Shown one piece after another: positions 30,901 to 44,562 of a stretch of DNA of 64,000 bases. Source of the DNA: the human T2T-CHM13v2.0 reference genome, Homo sapiens; assembly GCF_009914755.1 (NCBI RefSeq), contig NC_060939.1; one strand, given 5' to 3'. A program made the translations under genes and the position numbers. Numbering within the stretch: position 1 is the first letter of the stretch; each line of letters opens with the position of its first letter. Below the pieces are notes generated by a model, which saw nothing but the letters and a program-made list of their open reading frames with translations, was not told the origin of the DNA and searched no databases.

Positions 30901-33900
30901 CATTCTCTTCTTTCAACAGGATATCACTGTGTCAAAAAAGGCTGCAATACAGTGGTACAATCTCAGCTCACATTTTATTTCAGCATTCCATTATATTCCT
31001 TTCCTTTCCATTCCATTCCATCCCACTCCACTCCATTCCATTCCACTCCAATCCCCTCCCCTCCCCTCCCCTCCATTCCGTTCCATACCATCCCATTCCA
31101 TTGCATTCCACTCCATTCCACTCCACTCCAATCAACTCCACTCCATTCCACTTCACTTCAATCCACTCCACTCCATTCCATTCCATCCCATTCCATTTCA
31201 CTCCATTCCTCTCCACTCCACTCCATTAATTCCACTCAATCCTAGTCCATTCCTCTCCATTCCACTCCATTCCACTCCACTCCACTCCATTCTATTCCAT
31301 TCCTTTCCATTTCACTCCATTCCATTCCATTCCATTCCTTTCTTTCGACAGGATTTCACTCTGTCACCCAGGCTGGAGTATGGTGGCACTATCTCAGTTC
31401 ACATTTCATTTCACCATTGCATTCCATTCCATTGCATTCCATTCCATTCCAATCCATTCAATTCCATTCCATCCAATTCCATTCCACTCCTGTGAACTCC
31501 ACTCCACTCCAATTCATTCCATTCCATTCCATTCCATTTCATTCCATTCCATTCCATTCCATACAATACCATTCCATTCCACTCCACTCCACTCCACTGC
31601 ACTCCATCCCAATCCATTCCACTCCATTCCACTGTACTCCACTCCACTCCACTCCAATCCATTCCATTCCATTCCACACCTTTCCATTCCATTCCTTTCT
31701 TTCAACAGTATTTCACTCTTTCCAACAGGCTGCAGTGCAGTGCTACAATCTCAGCTCATATTTCACTTCATCATTCCATTCAATTCCATTCCACTACATT
31801 CCATTCCACTCCACTGCACTCCACTCCACTCCCCTCGACTCCATTCCATTGAATTTCATTCCATTCCACTTCACTATACTCCACTCCTCTCCATCCCACT
31901 CCACTCCTCTCCATCCCACTCCACTCCACTCCATTCAATTCCATCGAATTCCATGCCACTCCACTCCTCTCCCCAACCCTCCACTCCACTCCCCTCCACT
32001 TCATTCCATTCGATTCCATCCCATTCCATTCCATTCCATTCCAATCGCGTCCACTCTTCTTCACTCCACTCCATTCCATTCCACTCCACTCCACTTAATT
32101 CCACTCCATTCCTCTCCACTCCATTCCATTCCACTCTACTCCAATCCACTCCACTACACTCCACACCATTCCATTCCAGTACACTCCATTCCATTCCATT
32201 CCATTCCATTCCATTCCAATCCACTCCTCTCAATTCCACTTCACTCCATTCCACTTCACTCCATTCCATTCCACTCCACTCCACTAAATTCCACTCCATT
32301 CCTCTCCATTACATTCCATTCCACTCCATTCTACTCCACTGCCCTCAATCCCACTACACTCCAGTCCATTCCACTCCTCTTCACTGCACTCCAGTCCATT
32401 CCACTATACTGCCTTCCATTTCATTCCATTAAACTCTATTCCACCAATTCCGTACCCTTCCATTCCATTCCAATCCACTGCACTCCAATCCATTCCACTC
32501 TCTCAATTTCAGTCCACTCCATTCCACTGCACTCCACTCCACTTCGTTCCATTGCATTCCATTCCATTCCATTCCACTCCACTTCTTTCCATTCCACTGC
32601 ACTCCATTCCATTCCACTCCATTCCTTTCCATTCCATTCCATTCCATTCCATTCCATTCCATTCCATTCCACTCAACTCCGTTCCAATCCATGCCATTCC
32701 ATTCCATTCTACTCCACTCCACTCAATTCCACTCCACTCCATTTAATTCAATTCCATTAAATTCTTTTCCAGTCACTCCATTCCGCTCCACTTCACTCCA
32801 CTCCATTCCATTCCACTCTACTCCATTCTACTCCAGTCCATTGCATTCCACTCCACACCACTCTACTCCACTCCACTCCTCTCCACGCCATTCATTTCCA
32901 TTCCATTCCATTCCTTTCCACTCCATTCTATTCCACTCCCCTACCTCCATTTTATTCCACTCCACTGCATTCCACTACTTTCATTCCCCTCCATTCCATC
33001 TCATTCCATTCCATTCCATTTCATTCCATTTCACTCCACTCTATTCCACTGCACTCCATTCTACTCCACTCCACAGCACTCCACTCCATTCCACTCTATT
33101 CTGTTTCACTATACTGCATTTCCTTCCACTCCATTCCACTCCACTCCACTCCATTCCACTCCACTCCACTCCATTTCACTCCACTCCATTCCATTCTACT
33201 CAACTCCATTCCACTCCCCTCCACTCCATTCCATTCAATTCCATTCCATTGCACTCCATTCCATACCACTCCACTCCATTCAATTCCAGTCCATTTCATT
33301 ACACTCCATTACACTCCATTCCATTCCACTCCACTCCACTCCAATCCACTCCTTTCCATTCCATTCCATGCCTTTCCGTTCCACTTCATTCCATTCCATT
33401 CCATTCCTTTCCACGCCAATCCATTCCCCCCACTCCATTCCTTTCCAGTCCACGCCTTTCCATTCCACTCTATTCCACTCCACACTACTCCATTCCACTG
33501 TACCCAATTCCATTCCATTCCACTCCATTCCACACAACTCAACTCCATTCCACTCCACTCCACTCCATTCCATTCCACTCCACTCTATTCCACTCCACTC
33601 CATTCTATTCCATTCCACTCCATTCCATTCCATTCCCCTCACTCCATTTCTTTCCACTACTTTAGACTTCAGGTCATTTCCTTCCACAACATTCAACTCT
33701 GTTCCACTCCATTCCACTCCTTTCCATTCCACTACATCCCCCTCCATTGCATTCCATTCTGCCCCATTGCATTCCACTCCACAAGATTCCACCCCATTCC
33801 ACTCCATTCCATTCCAATCCACTTCACTCCACTCTACTTGACCCCACTGCAATCGATTATATTCCATTCCTTGCCCATCCATTCCTTTCCATTCAACTCT

Positions 33901-36900
33901 ATCCATTCCACTCCTCTCCACTCCATTCCACTCCACTCCATTCCATTCCACTAAACTCCATTCCATTGCACTCCGTTCCATTCCGTTCAACTCCATTCCA
34001 TTCCACTCCAATCCATTCCATTATACTCCACTCCATTGCCCTCCATTAAACTTCATTCCTATACATTCCATTCCTTTACATTCCATTTCATTCTGCGCCA
34101 CTCCATTCCATTCCACTCCATTCCATTCCACTCCACTCCTCTCCACTCCTCTCCTTTTCACTCCATGCCATTCCATTCCTCTCTACTACATTCCATTCCA
34201 CTCCGTTCCACTCCACTCCACTCCATTCCATTCCATTCCATTAATTCCCATTTGATTCCACTCCATTCCATTCCATTCAATTCCACGGCACTCCAATTCA
34301 TTCCACTCCATTCTGTTCCATTCCACTCCACTCCACTCCATTTAATTTCATTACATTCCCCTCCCTTCCATTCCATTGCATTCCACTAAACTCCATTCCA
34401 TTGCATTCCACTCCACTCCACTCCATTTCATTTCATTCCACTAAATTCCATTCCATTTTACTCCTTTCCACTCCACTCCACCCCGTTCCATTCCACTCCA
34501 CTCCACTCTACTCCACTCCACTCCATTCTACTCCATTCCACTCCATTCCATTCCATTCCACTCCATTCCATTCCTTTCCACTCTATTTCATTCCAATCCT
34601 TTCCATTCCACTCCACTTTATTCAATTCCACTCCACTCCACTTCATTCCATTCCATCCCACACCATTCCTCTCCACTCCATTTTATTCCTCTCCATTCCA
34701 CGCCACTCCAATCTACTCCACTCCAATCTACTCCACTCCACTCCAACCCACTGCGTTCCACTCCACTCCATTCCATTCCATTCCAATAAATTGCAGTGCA
34801 TTTCATTCCATTCCATTCCTATGAATTGCCGTGCATTTCATTCATTCCATTCCATCCTAATCAATCCCACTCTGGTCCACTCCATTCTACTACCCTCCAT
34901 TTAATGCTGCTCAATTCCATTCGACTCCATTCCACTCCATTCCGTTCCACCCCACTCCCTTCCACTGCACTCCACTCCATTCCACTCCTCTCGATTCCAC
35001 TGCACTCCACTCCACTGCACTCCTCTCCATTCCACTCTACTCCATTCCACTCCAATCCACTCCACTCCACCTCGTTCCACTCCACTCCATTTTATGCCTC
35101 TCCAATTCATTCCATTTCACTCCACTTTGTTCCACTCCATTCCACTCTATTCCACTCAATTCAATTCAACTCCACTCCAATCCAATACACTCCATTCCAT
35201 TAGAATCCATTTCACTCCACTTCATTCCATTTCACAGTATTGCACTCCATTTCACTCCATTCCACTCCATTCCATTCCATTCCACTCCATTCCACTCCAA
35301 TCAACTCCAGTCCACTCCACTCAAATCCATTCCATTAAACTCCATTCCATTCCATTCCACTCCTCTCCGTTTCATTCCACTCCACTGCATTCTTTTCCAC
35401 TCCATTCCTCTCCACTCCATTCCCCTCCATTCCATTCCTTTCCACTCCACTCCACTCCAATCCACTTCACTCCATTCCACTCACCTTCATTCCTTTTCAT
35501 TCCATTCCATTCCATTCCGTTCCACTCCACTCGATTCTATTCCAATGCACTCCATTCCCCTCCATTAAATTCCATTCCGCTCAAACTCACTCCAATCCAC
35601 TCCACTCCACTCCATTGCATTCTATACCATTCCATTGCAATCCAATCCATTCCATTCCACTCTACTGTATTCATTTCCAATCCACTCCACTCCATTCCAC
35701 TCCATTCAAATCCATTCCATTCAATTTCACCACATTCCATTCCCTTCCTCTCCATTTCACTCCACTCTGTTCCACTCCACTCCACTCCCCTCCATTCCAC
35801 TCTACTATTCATCACTCCATTCCATTCCACTCCCCCCTTTACACTCCAATGCTCTCCATTCCAATCCATTATATTTCACTCCATTCCACCTCACTCCACT
35901 CCACTCCATTCCATTCCATTCTATTCCATTCCACTCCAATCCACTTCAATCCACTCCGTTACATTTCATTCCACTCCACTCAATTGAATTCCTTACCATT
36001 GTATTCCACTGCATTCCATTCCACTCCTCTCTATGCCACTGCGCTCCACTCCATTCCAGTCCACTGCAATCCACTCCACTCCGTTCCACTGGACTACATT
36101 TTATTCCAGTCCAATCCATTCGACTCAATTCCATTCAACTCCAATCCATGCCACTCCAATCCACTCCATTCCACTACACTCCATTCCATTCCATTAAAAT
36201 CCTTTCCATTCCATTCCACTCCATTCCATTCCACTCCACTCCAGTCCATTCCAGTCCACTCCAGTCCATTCCATTCCACTCCATTCCAATCCATTCCATT
36301 CCACTCCACTCAAATCCCCTCCATTCCGTTCCACTATAATCCATTCTGTTCCACTCCATTCCACTCCAATCCACTCCATTCCACTTCACTCCTTTTAATT
36401 CCACTGTACTACATTCCATTCCATTCCACTCCTCTCCTCTCCTCTCCAATTCATTCCATTCCACTCCATTTCTTTCCACTCAACTCCAGTCCACTCTATT
36501 CCACTCCTCTCTATTCCATTCCATTCCACTCCTCTCCATTCCACCTCATTCCATTCCATTCCTCTCTACTCTATTCCATTCCATTGCACTCCACTCCCCT
36601 CAACTCCACTCCATTCCATTAAAATCCATTCCATTCCATTCCATTCCACTCCATTTCATTCCTTTCATTTCCACTCCACTCCACACCATTAATCTCTATG
36701 CCATTCCATTCCACTCCACTCCATTCCATTTACTCCACTCAGTTCGACTCCACTCCATTCCACTGCATTGCTTTCCAATCCATTCCATTCCACTCCACAC
36801 CATTCCACTCCCTTACTTTCCATACCATTCCACTCCACACCACTGCAATGCATTCCTCTCCAATCAATTCCACTCCATTTCATTCCATTCAAACCCACTC

Positions 36901-39900
36901 CATTCCATTCCACTCCCCTCTATTCCATTACAATCCATTCCATTCCATTCAATTGCACAACTTTCCATTTCATTCCATTCCACTCCATTCCATTCAATTC
37001 CACAAGATACCATTAAATTCCATTAAATTCCATTCCATTCCAATCCACTCGTTTCCACTCCACTCGTTTCCACTCCAATCCATTCAATTCCATTCCATTC
37101 CATTCCACTCCATTCCATTCCCGTCCATTCCATTCCTTTCCTTTCCATTCTATTCCACTGCACTCCACTCCATTGTATTGCACGTCATTCCATTCCATTC
37201 CACTCCACTGCATTCCATTCCATTCCATTCCATTCAATTCCACTCTACTCTATTTCTTTCCCTCCATTCCACTGCAATCCACTTCATTCCATTACAGTCC
37301 ACTCCATTCCACCCCACTCCATTCCACTCCTCTCCTTTCCACTCCACTCCACTCCAATCCACTCCATTCCACCTCACTCCTTTCCATTACACTCCACTCC
37401 ATTCCATTCCATCCGACTCCATTCCATGTCAATCCTTTCCATTCCATTCCACTCCATTCCATTCCATTCCACTCCAGTCTATTCCTTACATTCCATTCCA
37501 TTCTACTCCATTCCACTCTATTCCATTCAACTCCACTATATTCCATTCCATTCCATTCAACTCCACGACATTGCATTCCCCTCAACTCCACTCCACTCTA
37601 CTGAATTCCATTCCACTCCATTCCATTCTGCTCCGTTCCACTCTATTCCACTCCATTGCATTCCTCTCCACTCCACACCACTTCACTCCTCTCCACTCCA
37701 CTCCCTTACATTCAATTCTATTCCATTTCTTTCCATTTTATGCCACCCCATTCCATTCCATTCCATTCCATTCAACTACATTCCACGAAACGCCACCCCA
37801 CTCCACTCCACTGAATTCCATTCCCGTACATTCTATTCCATTCCATTCCATTCCATTCCATTCCATTCCACTCCACTGCATTCCATTCCATTCCATTCCA
37901 GTCCGTTCCATTCCCTTCCACTCCACTCCATTCCACTCCACTTCACTCTCCTAAACTCCACTCCATTCCACTCGTCTCCACAAAATTCCACTACACTCCA
38001 TTCCATTCCCCTCCAATCCATTCCATTTCACTCCACTACATTCCATTTCATTCCCTTCCATTCCATTCAATTCCACTCCATTCCACTCCACTCCACCCCA
38101 TTCCACTCCACTCAATTCCTTTCCATTCCATTCTTTCCATTCCATTCCATTCCACTCCACTCCATTCCGTTCCATTATACTCCACTCCATTCAACTGCTC
38201 TCCACACCATTCCACTGCACTGCATTCCATTCCATTCCCTTCAATTCCTTTCCATTCTGCTCCAGTCTACTCCATTCAACTCCAATCCATTCCACTCAAC
38301 TCCAATCCTTTCTATTCCACTACAGTCGATTTCACTCCACTCCACTCCACTCCTATCCATTCCACTCCGTTCCATTTCATTCCAGTGCACTCCATTCCAT
38401 TCCACTCCACTCCATTTAATTTCTCTCCACTCCGTCCAACGGCATTCGAACATATTCGACTCCATTCCACTCCACTGCATGCCATTCCATTCCACTCCTC
38501 TCCTCTCCATTCCACCCCTCTCAATTCCATTGCATTCCAAACCATTCCACTCCATTCCATAGCATTCTTTTGCACTCCATTCCATTCCATTCCACTCCTT
38601 TCCATTCCATTCCCTTCCTTTCCACTCTACTCAACTCTTTTACTCCACTCCGTTGCATTCAATTCCATTCCACTCCACTCCATTCCATTCCATTCCATTC
38701 CATTCCAATCCACACCACTTCATTTCTTTCCACTCCATTGCCATCCATTCCTTGCCACTCCATTCCATTCCACTCCACTGCATTCCTTTCTGGTCAATCC
38801 ATTCCACTCCACTCCATTCCATTCGACTACATTCTATTCCACTCCTCTCCACTCCACTCCACACCACTCCATTCCATTCCATTCCATTACACTCCACTCC
38901 ATTCCATTCTACTTCAATCCATCCCATTCCATTCCACCCCATTCCATTCAATTCCATTCTTTCCACTCCACTCTACTTCTCTCCATTCCACTCCACTCCA
39001 TTGCATTTCATTCCACTCCATTCCATTCCACTCCACTCAAGTTCACTGCATTCCATTCCCTTCCATTCCATTCCATTCCATTCCATTCCATTCCATTCCG
39101 TTCAAATCCACTCCATTCTATTCCACTCCAGTCCATTCCACGCCACACATATCAACTCCATTAGATTCCAATCCACTCTACTAAACTCCACCCCATTCCA
39201 TTTCACTCCATTCCATTCTATTCTACTCCACTGCACTGCATTCCACGCCACTCCATTACACTCCACTGCATACGACTCCAATCCATTCCATTCCATCGCA
39301 TAACATTCCACTCAACTACATTCCATTCCACTCCACTCCATTCCATTCTACTCCATTGAATTCCACTCAACTCCATTCAATTCCACTCCATTCCATTCCA
39401 TTACATTCCGTTCCATTTCAGCCCATTCCATTCCCTTCCTTTCCATTCCATTGCATTCTCCTACACTACACACCACTCTACTCCACTTCTCTCCATTACA
39501 CTCCATTCAGTTCCAGTCCATTTCACTCCATTCCATTCCATTCCATTCCACTCCGCTACATTCCATTCCACTCTGCTCCATTACATTCCACTCCACACAA
39601 CTACTTTCCACTCCATTCCATTCCACTCCACTCCACTCCCCCAATCCACACCACTCCACTCCATTCCCCTAAATTCCATTCCATTGCATTCCATTGCATT
39701 CCATTGCATTCCATTCCATTCCATTCCATTCCATTTCACTTCACTCCATTGCATTCCATTCAACTTCACTGCTTTCCATTCCTTTCCATTCCAGTGCACG
39801 CCTTTCCTCTCCATTCCACTCCATTCCACACCATTCCATTCCATTCGTCTCCATTCCCTTCCACTCCACTCCACTACATTCCATTCCACTCCGTTCCATT

Positions 39901-42900
39901 CCATTCCACTTCACTCCTTTCCATTCAACTCCAATGCATTCCACTTTACTCCATTCCATAGCATTCCATTCCCATACATTCCATTCCAATCCATTCCATT
40001 CCCCTCCACTCTTCTAAATTCCACTCCAATCCATTCCACTCCACTGCAATCCATTCCATTCCACTCCATTCTATACGTTCCAATCCATTATATCCCATCC
40101 ATTGCACCCCATTCCGTTCCATTTCACTTCATTTCATACCATTCCACTCCACTCCACTCCACTCCACTTCTTTCCATTCCATTCCTAGCCATTCCACACC
40201 AATCCACTCCACTCTTCTCCATGTCATTCTGCTCCATTCCATTCCACTCCTCTCCATTCCATTCCACCCAACACTATTCCAGTCCTCTCCATTCCACTCC
40301 ACCACATTCCATTCCATTCCTTTCCATTCCATTCATTTCCATTCCACTCCACTCCATTCCATTTAACTCAACTATATTTCACTGTATTCTCCTCATTCCA
40401 TTCCACTCCACTCCACTCCAGTCCACTCCACTCCATTCCTCCCCTTTCCATTCCTTTCCATTCCACTCTACTCCACTGCATTCCATTCCACTCCACTCCA
40501 CTCAACTCCATTCGAGTCCATTCCAATACATTCCATTCCACTCCACTCCATTCTACTCCACTAGACTCCTTTCCACTCCCGTCCACTCCTTTCCACTCCA
40601 TTTCACTCCATTCCACTCTATTCCACTACACTTCATTCCACTCCAATCCATTCCATTCCATTACAATCCAATCCACTCGGTTACATTCCACTTCACTCCA
40701 TTCCAATCCACTCGATTCCCTTCAACTCCACCCCATTCCATTCCACTCCTATGCATTCTTTCCATTAAACTCCATTCCACTCCATTCCATTCCAATCCCC
40801 TCCACTATATTCCATTCAGTTCCACCCCACTCCACTATACTCCATTCATTTCTAATCCATTCCACTCCATTCCATTCCATTCTGCTCCACTTAGTTCTAT
40901 TCCACTCCACTCCATTCCATTCCACTCCATTCCATTCCACTACACTCCATTCCATTACACTGAACTCTATTCCACTCCACTCTGTTCCACTCCACTCCAT
41001 TGCTCTCTAATCCATTCCATTCCATTGCTTCCCACTCCATTACATTCCACTCCACTCCACTTCATTCCATTACACTCCACTCCATTCCACTCCATTCCAT
41101 TACACTCCACTCCAATCAAATCCATTTCATCCCATTCCTTTGCATTCCTTTCTACTCCACTCCACTCCATTCCACTCCACTCCACTCCATTCCACTCCAC
41201 TCCATTATTTGCACTCGATTCCATTCCAATCTACTCTATTCTACTCCATTCCAATACATTGCATTCCACTCCACTCCATTCCATTCCATTCCATTCCATT
41301 CCATTCCATTCCATTCAATTCCACTTCAATCCAGTGCACTCCAATCCATTCCACTCCATTCCACTCCATTCTATTCCATTCCACTGCATTCCACTCTACT
41401 CTATCCCACTCCACTCCTTTCCATTCCACTCCATTCCATTCCAGTCCACTCCACTCCTCTCCACTCAACTCCATTCCAATCCATTCCATTCCATTCCACT
41501 CGATTCCATTCCAGTCCACTCCATTCTATTCCATTCCATTCCAATACACTCCACTCCATTCCACTCCACTCCATTCCATTTCACTCCACTCCTTTATATT
41601 CCATTCCACCCCGTTCCATTCCATTCCACTGCACTCCACTCCATTCCACTGCACTGCAGTCCATTCCACTTCAGTCCATTCCATTCCACTATTCCCCACT
41701 CCACTCCACTCCACTCCATTCCATTCCACTCCACTCCCATCTACTCCACTGCATTTCATTCAAGTCCACTCCATTTTTTTCCATTCCACTCCAATCCACT
41801 CCACTCCTTTCCAATCCACTCTATTCCACTACATTCCATTCCATTGCTTTCCCCTCAATTCTTGTCCACTTCACTCAATTCCACTCCAGTCCATTCCATT
41901 CCACTCCAATCCACTCCACTCCTTTCCAATCCACTCTATTCCACTACATTCCATTCCATTGCTTTCCCCTCAATTCTTGTCCACTTCACTCAATTCCAAT
42001 CCAGTCCATTCCATTCCACTCTACTCCACTTCATTCCATTTCATTCCACTCCACTCCACTCCACTCTAATCCACTCCATTCCATTCCATTCCATTTCATT
42101 CCACTCCACTCCACTCTAATCCATTCCACTCCATTCCTTTCCAATCCACTCAATTCCATTCCACTCCACTTCATTCCATTCCACTCCATTACTCTCCACT
42201 CCACTTCATTCCACTCCACTCTTTTCCATTCCACTCCACTCCATTCCGTTTCTTTCCCCTCCATTCCATTCCACTCCACTCCATTCCATTCCATTCCATT
42301 CCTTTCCTCTCCACTCTAATCCATTCCAATACACTGCATTTCACTCCACTTCCTTCCATTCCATTCCTTTCCACTCCATTCCATTCCACTGCAATCCTTT
42401 CCATTCCACTCGTCTCCATTCCATTCCACTCGTCTCTATTCCCCTCCTTTCCATTTCACTCCACTGTACTCCATTCTATTCCAATCGTCTTCATTCCAGT
42501 CCACTCCAGTCTATTCCACTGCTCTCCATCACTCTCCAATGTTTTCCATTCCATTCCATTCCATTCCATTCCATTCCATTCCATTCCATTCCATTCGATT
42601 CGACTCCACTCCTTTTGACTGCATTCCCCTACATTCCATTCCATTCTACTCCACTAAATTGTACTCCACTCCACTCCATTCCATTCCTTTCATGGTCATT
42701 CCATTCCATTCAATTGCATTCCTTTCCACAATACTCCATTCTACTCATCTCCACTCGGTTCCACTCCACTGCATTCCATTCCACTCAACTCCATTCCACT
42801 CCACTACTTCCCATTCAATTCCACTCCCTTCCATTGCACTCCACTACATTCCATTCCACTGCTCTCCGTTTAACTCCATTCCATTCTAGGCAACACAACT

Positions 42901-44554
42901 CCATTCCACTCCACTCCACTTCATTCTTTTTCATTACATTCTATCCAACCCACGCCATTCCATTCCATTCCATTCCATTTCACTACACTCCATTCCACTC
43001 TACTCCTCTCCACTCTATTCCACTCCTTTAATCTCCATTTCATTCCATTTCACCTCATACCACTCCACTCCGCAACATTCCACTCCACTCCACTCCAATC
43101 CAGTCCACCCCATTCCATTCCACACCGCTCCAGTCCACTTCACTCCATTCCACCTCATTTCACTCCACTCCATTGCATTCCATACAATTCTATTTGACTT
43201 CCACTCCACTCCACTCCACTCCATTACGTTCCACCAAATTGCATTCCATTCCATGCCACTCTATTACATTCAATTCCACTCCATTCCATTCCACTACACT
43301 CCCATCCACTACATTCCACTCCATTCCATTCCCCTCCCTTCCACGCTGCTCTACTCCCCTCCACTTCACTTCGTTCCATTCCATTCCTTGCCATTCCATT
43401 CCATTCCGTTTTATTCCATTCCACTCCAATCCATTCCAATTAACTCCACTCCGTTCCACTCCACTCGATGCCATTCCACTCCACTCGATTCCATTTAATT
43501 CCACTCCACACCACTCCCCTTCATTTCACTCCACTCTTCTCCACTCTTATACACTCCACCCCAATCCATTCCACTCCGTTAGTTTCTATTCCAATCCAAT
43601 CCACTACATTCCTGTCCACTCGATTCCATTCCACTCCATTCCATTCCATTACATTTCATTTCATTCCACTCCATTCCATTTCATTCCATTGCATTCCATT
43701 CCAGCCCACTCCATTCCACTCCATTGCATTCCACTCTACTACATTCCATACCATTTCATTCCACTCCATTACATTACATTCCACTCCATTCCATTCCACT
43801 GCACTCCACTCCATTCCATTCCATTGTATTCCATTCAAATCCACTCCACTAAATTATTTTCCATTCCATTCCACTCCATTCCATTCTACTCCACCCCACT
43901 CCACTCAATTCCATTCCATTCCACTCCTTCTATTCCATTCCACTGCATTCCACTCCACTCCATTCCATTCCACTCCACTCCACTCCATTCCACTCCATTC
44001 CACCCCAATCCTCTCCCCTCCATTCCTTTCCACTGCATCCCAATCCACTCCATTCCATTACACTCCAATCCATTCCATTACACTTCACGCCAATCCATTC
44101 CACCCCACTCCATTGCATTCCATTCTATTCCACTCTACTCCATTCTGTTCAATTCCATTTCACTCCACTCCAGTCCACTCCACTTCACTCCATTCCACTC
44201 CATTCTATTCCATTCGATTGCATTCCATTCCACTGCAATCCTCTCCACTCCACTCCATGCCTTTCTACTCCGTTCCATTCCTTTCGATTCCATTGCATTC
44301 CATTTGATTCCACTCCATTCCATTGTACTTCATTCCATTCCACTCCACACCATTTAATTCCACTTCATCCATCCGCTTTCCGACACATTCCACTCCACTC
44401 CAGTCCACTCCCATCCACTCCACTCCATTCCTCCCCACTCCACTCCATTCCACTCCATTCCACTCTATTCCATTCCACTGTATTCCCTTCCAGTCCACTC
44501 TGCTCCAATCGACTCCATTTTATTCCAATATACTCCATTCCTTTCCACTCCATC
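21909..44554 (+). repeat. Satellite III (HSat3)-type diverged pentamer array, (CATTC/CACTC)n
   Basis: ~22.6 kb of CCATT with abundant CCACT variants, in constant orientation (C-rich on +). Confidence 0.97.
22141..31759 (-). repeat. Composite Alu-fragment/HSat3 sub-array: 29 copies of a ~56-bp antisense Alu 3'-end cassette
   Basis: Consensus GACAGGATCTCACTCTGTCACCCAGGCTGGAGTGCAGTGGCACAATCTCAGCTCAC. Copies start at ~22141, 22418, 22739, 23141, 23523, 23900, 24176, 24448, 24715, 25132, 25539, 25916, 26368, 26725, 27192, 27474, 27856, 28158, 28600, 28866, 29069, 29376, 29587, 30134, 30256, 30693, 30915, 31347 and 31704. Confidence 0.93.
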
Positions 44555-44562
44555 TGCCTCAC

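Noticed and set aside
22141-31759. CRISPR-like repeat/spacer appearance
   Set aside because: The repeats are Alu-derived, the spacers are low-complexity satellite of widely varying length, there are no cas genes, and the DNA is primate.
33655-33700. Non-pentamer patch TTTAGACTTCAGGTCATTTCC in HSat3
   Set aside because: About 20 bp, single copy, no recognisable source; compatible with local mutation.
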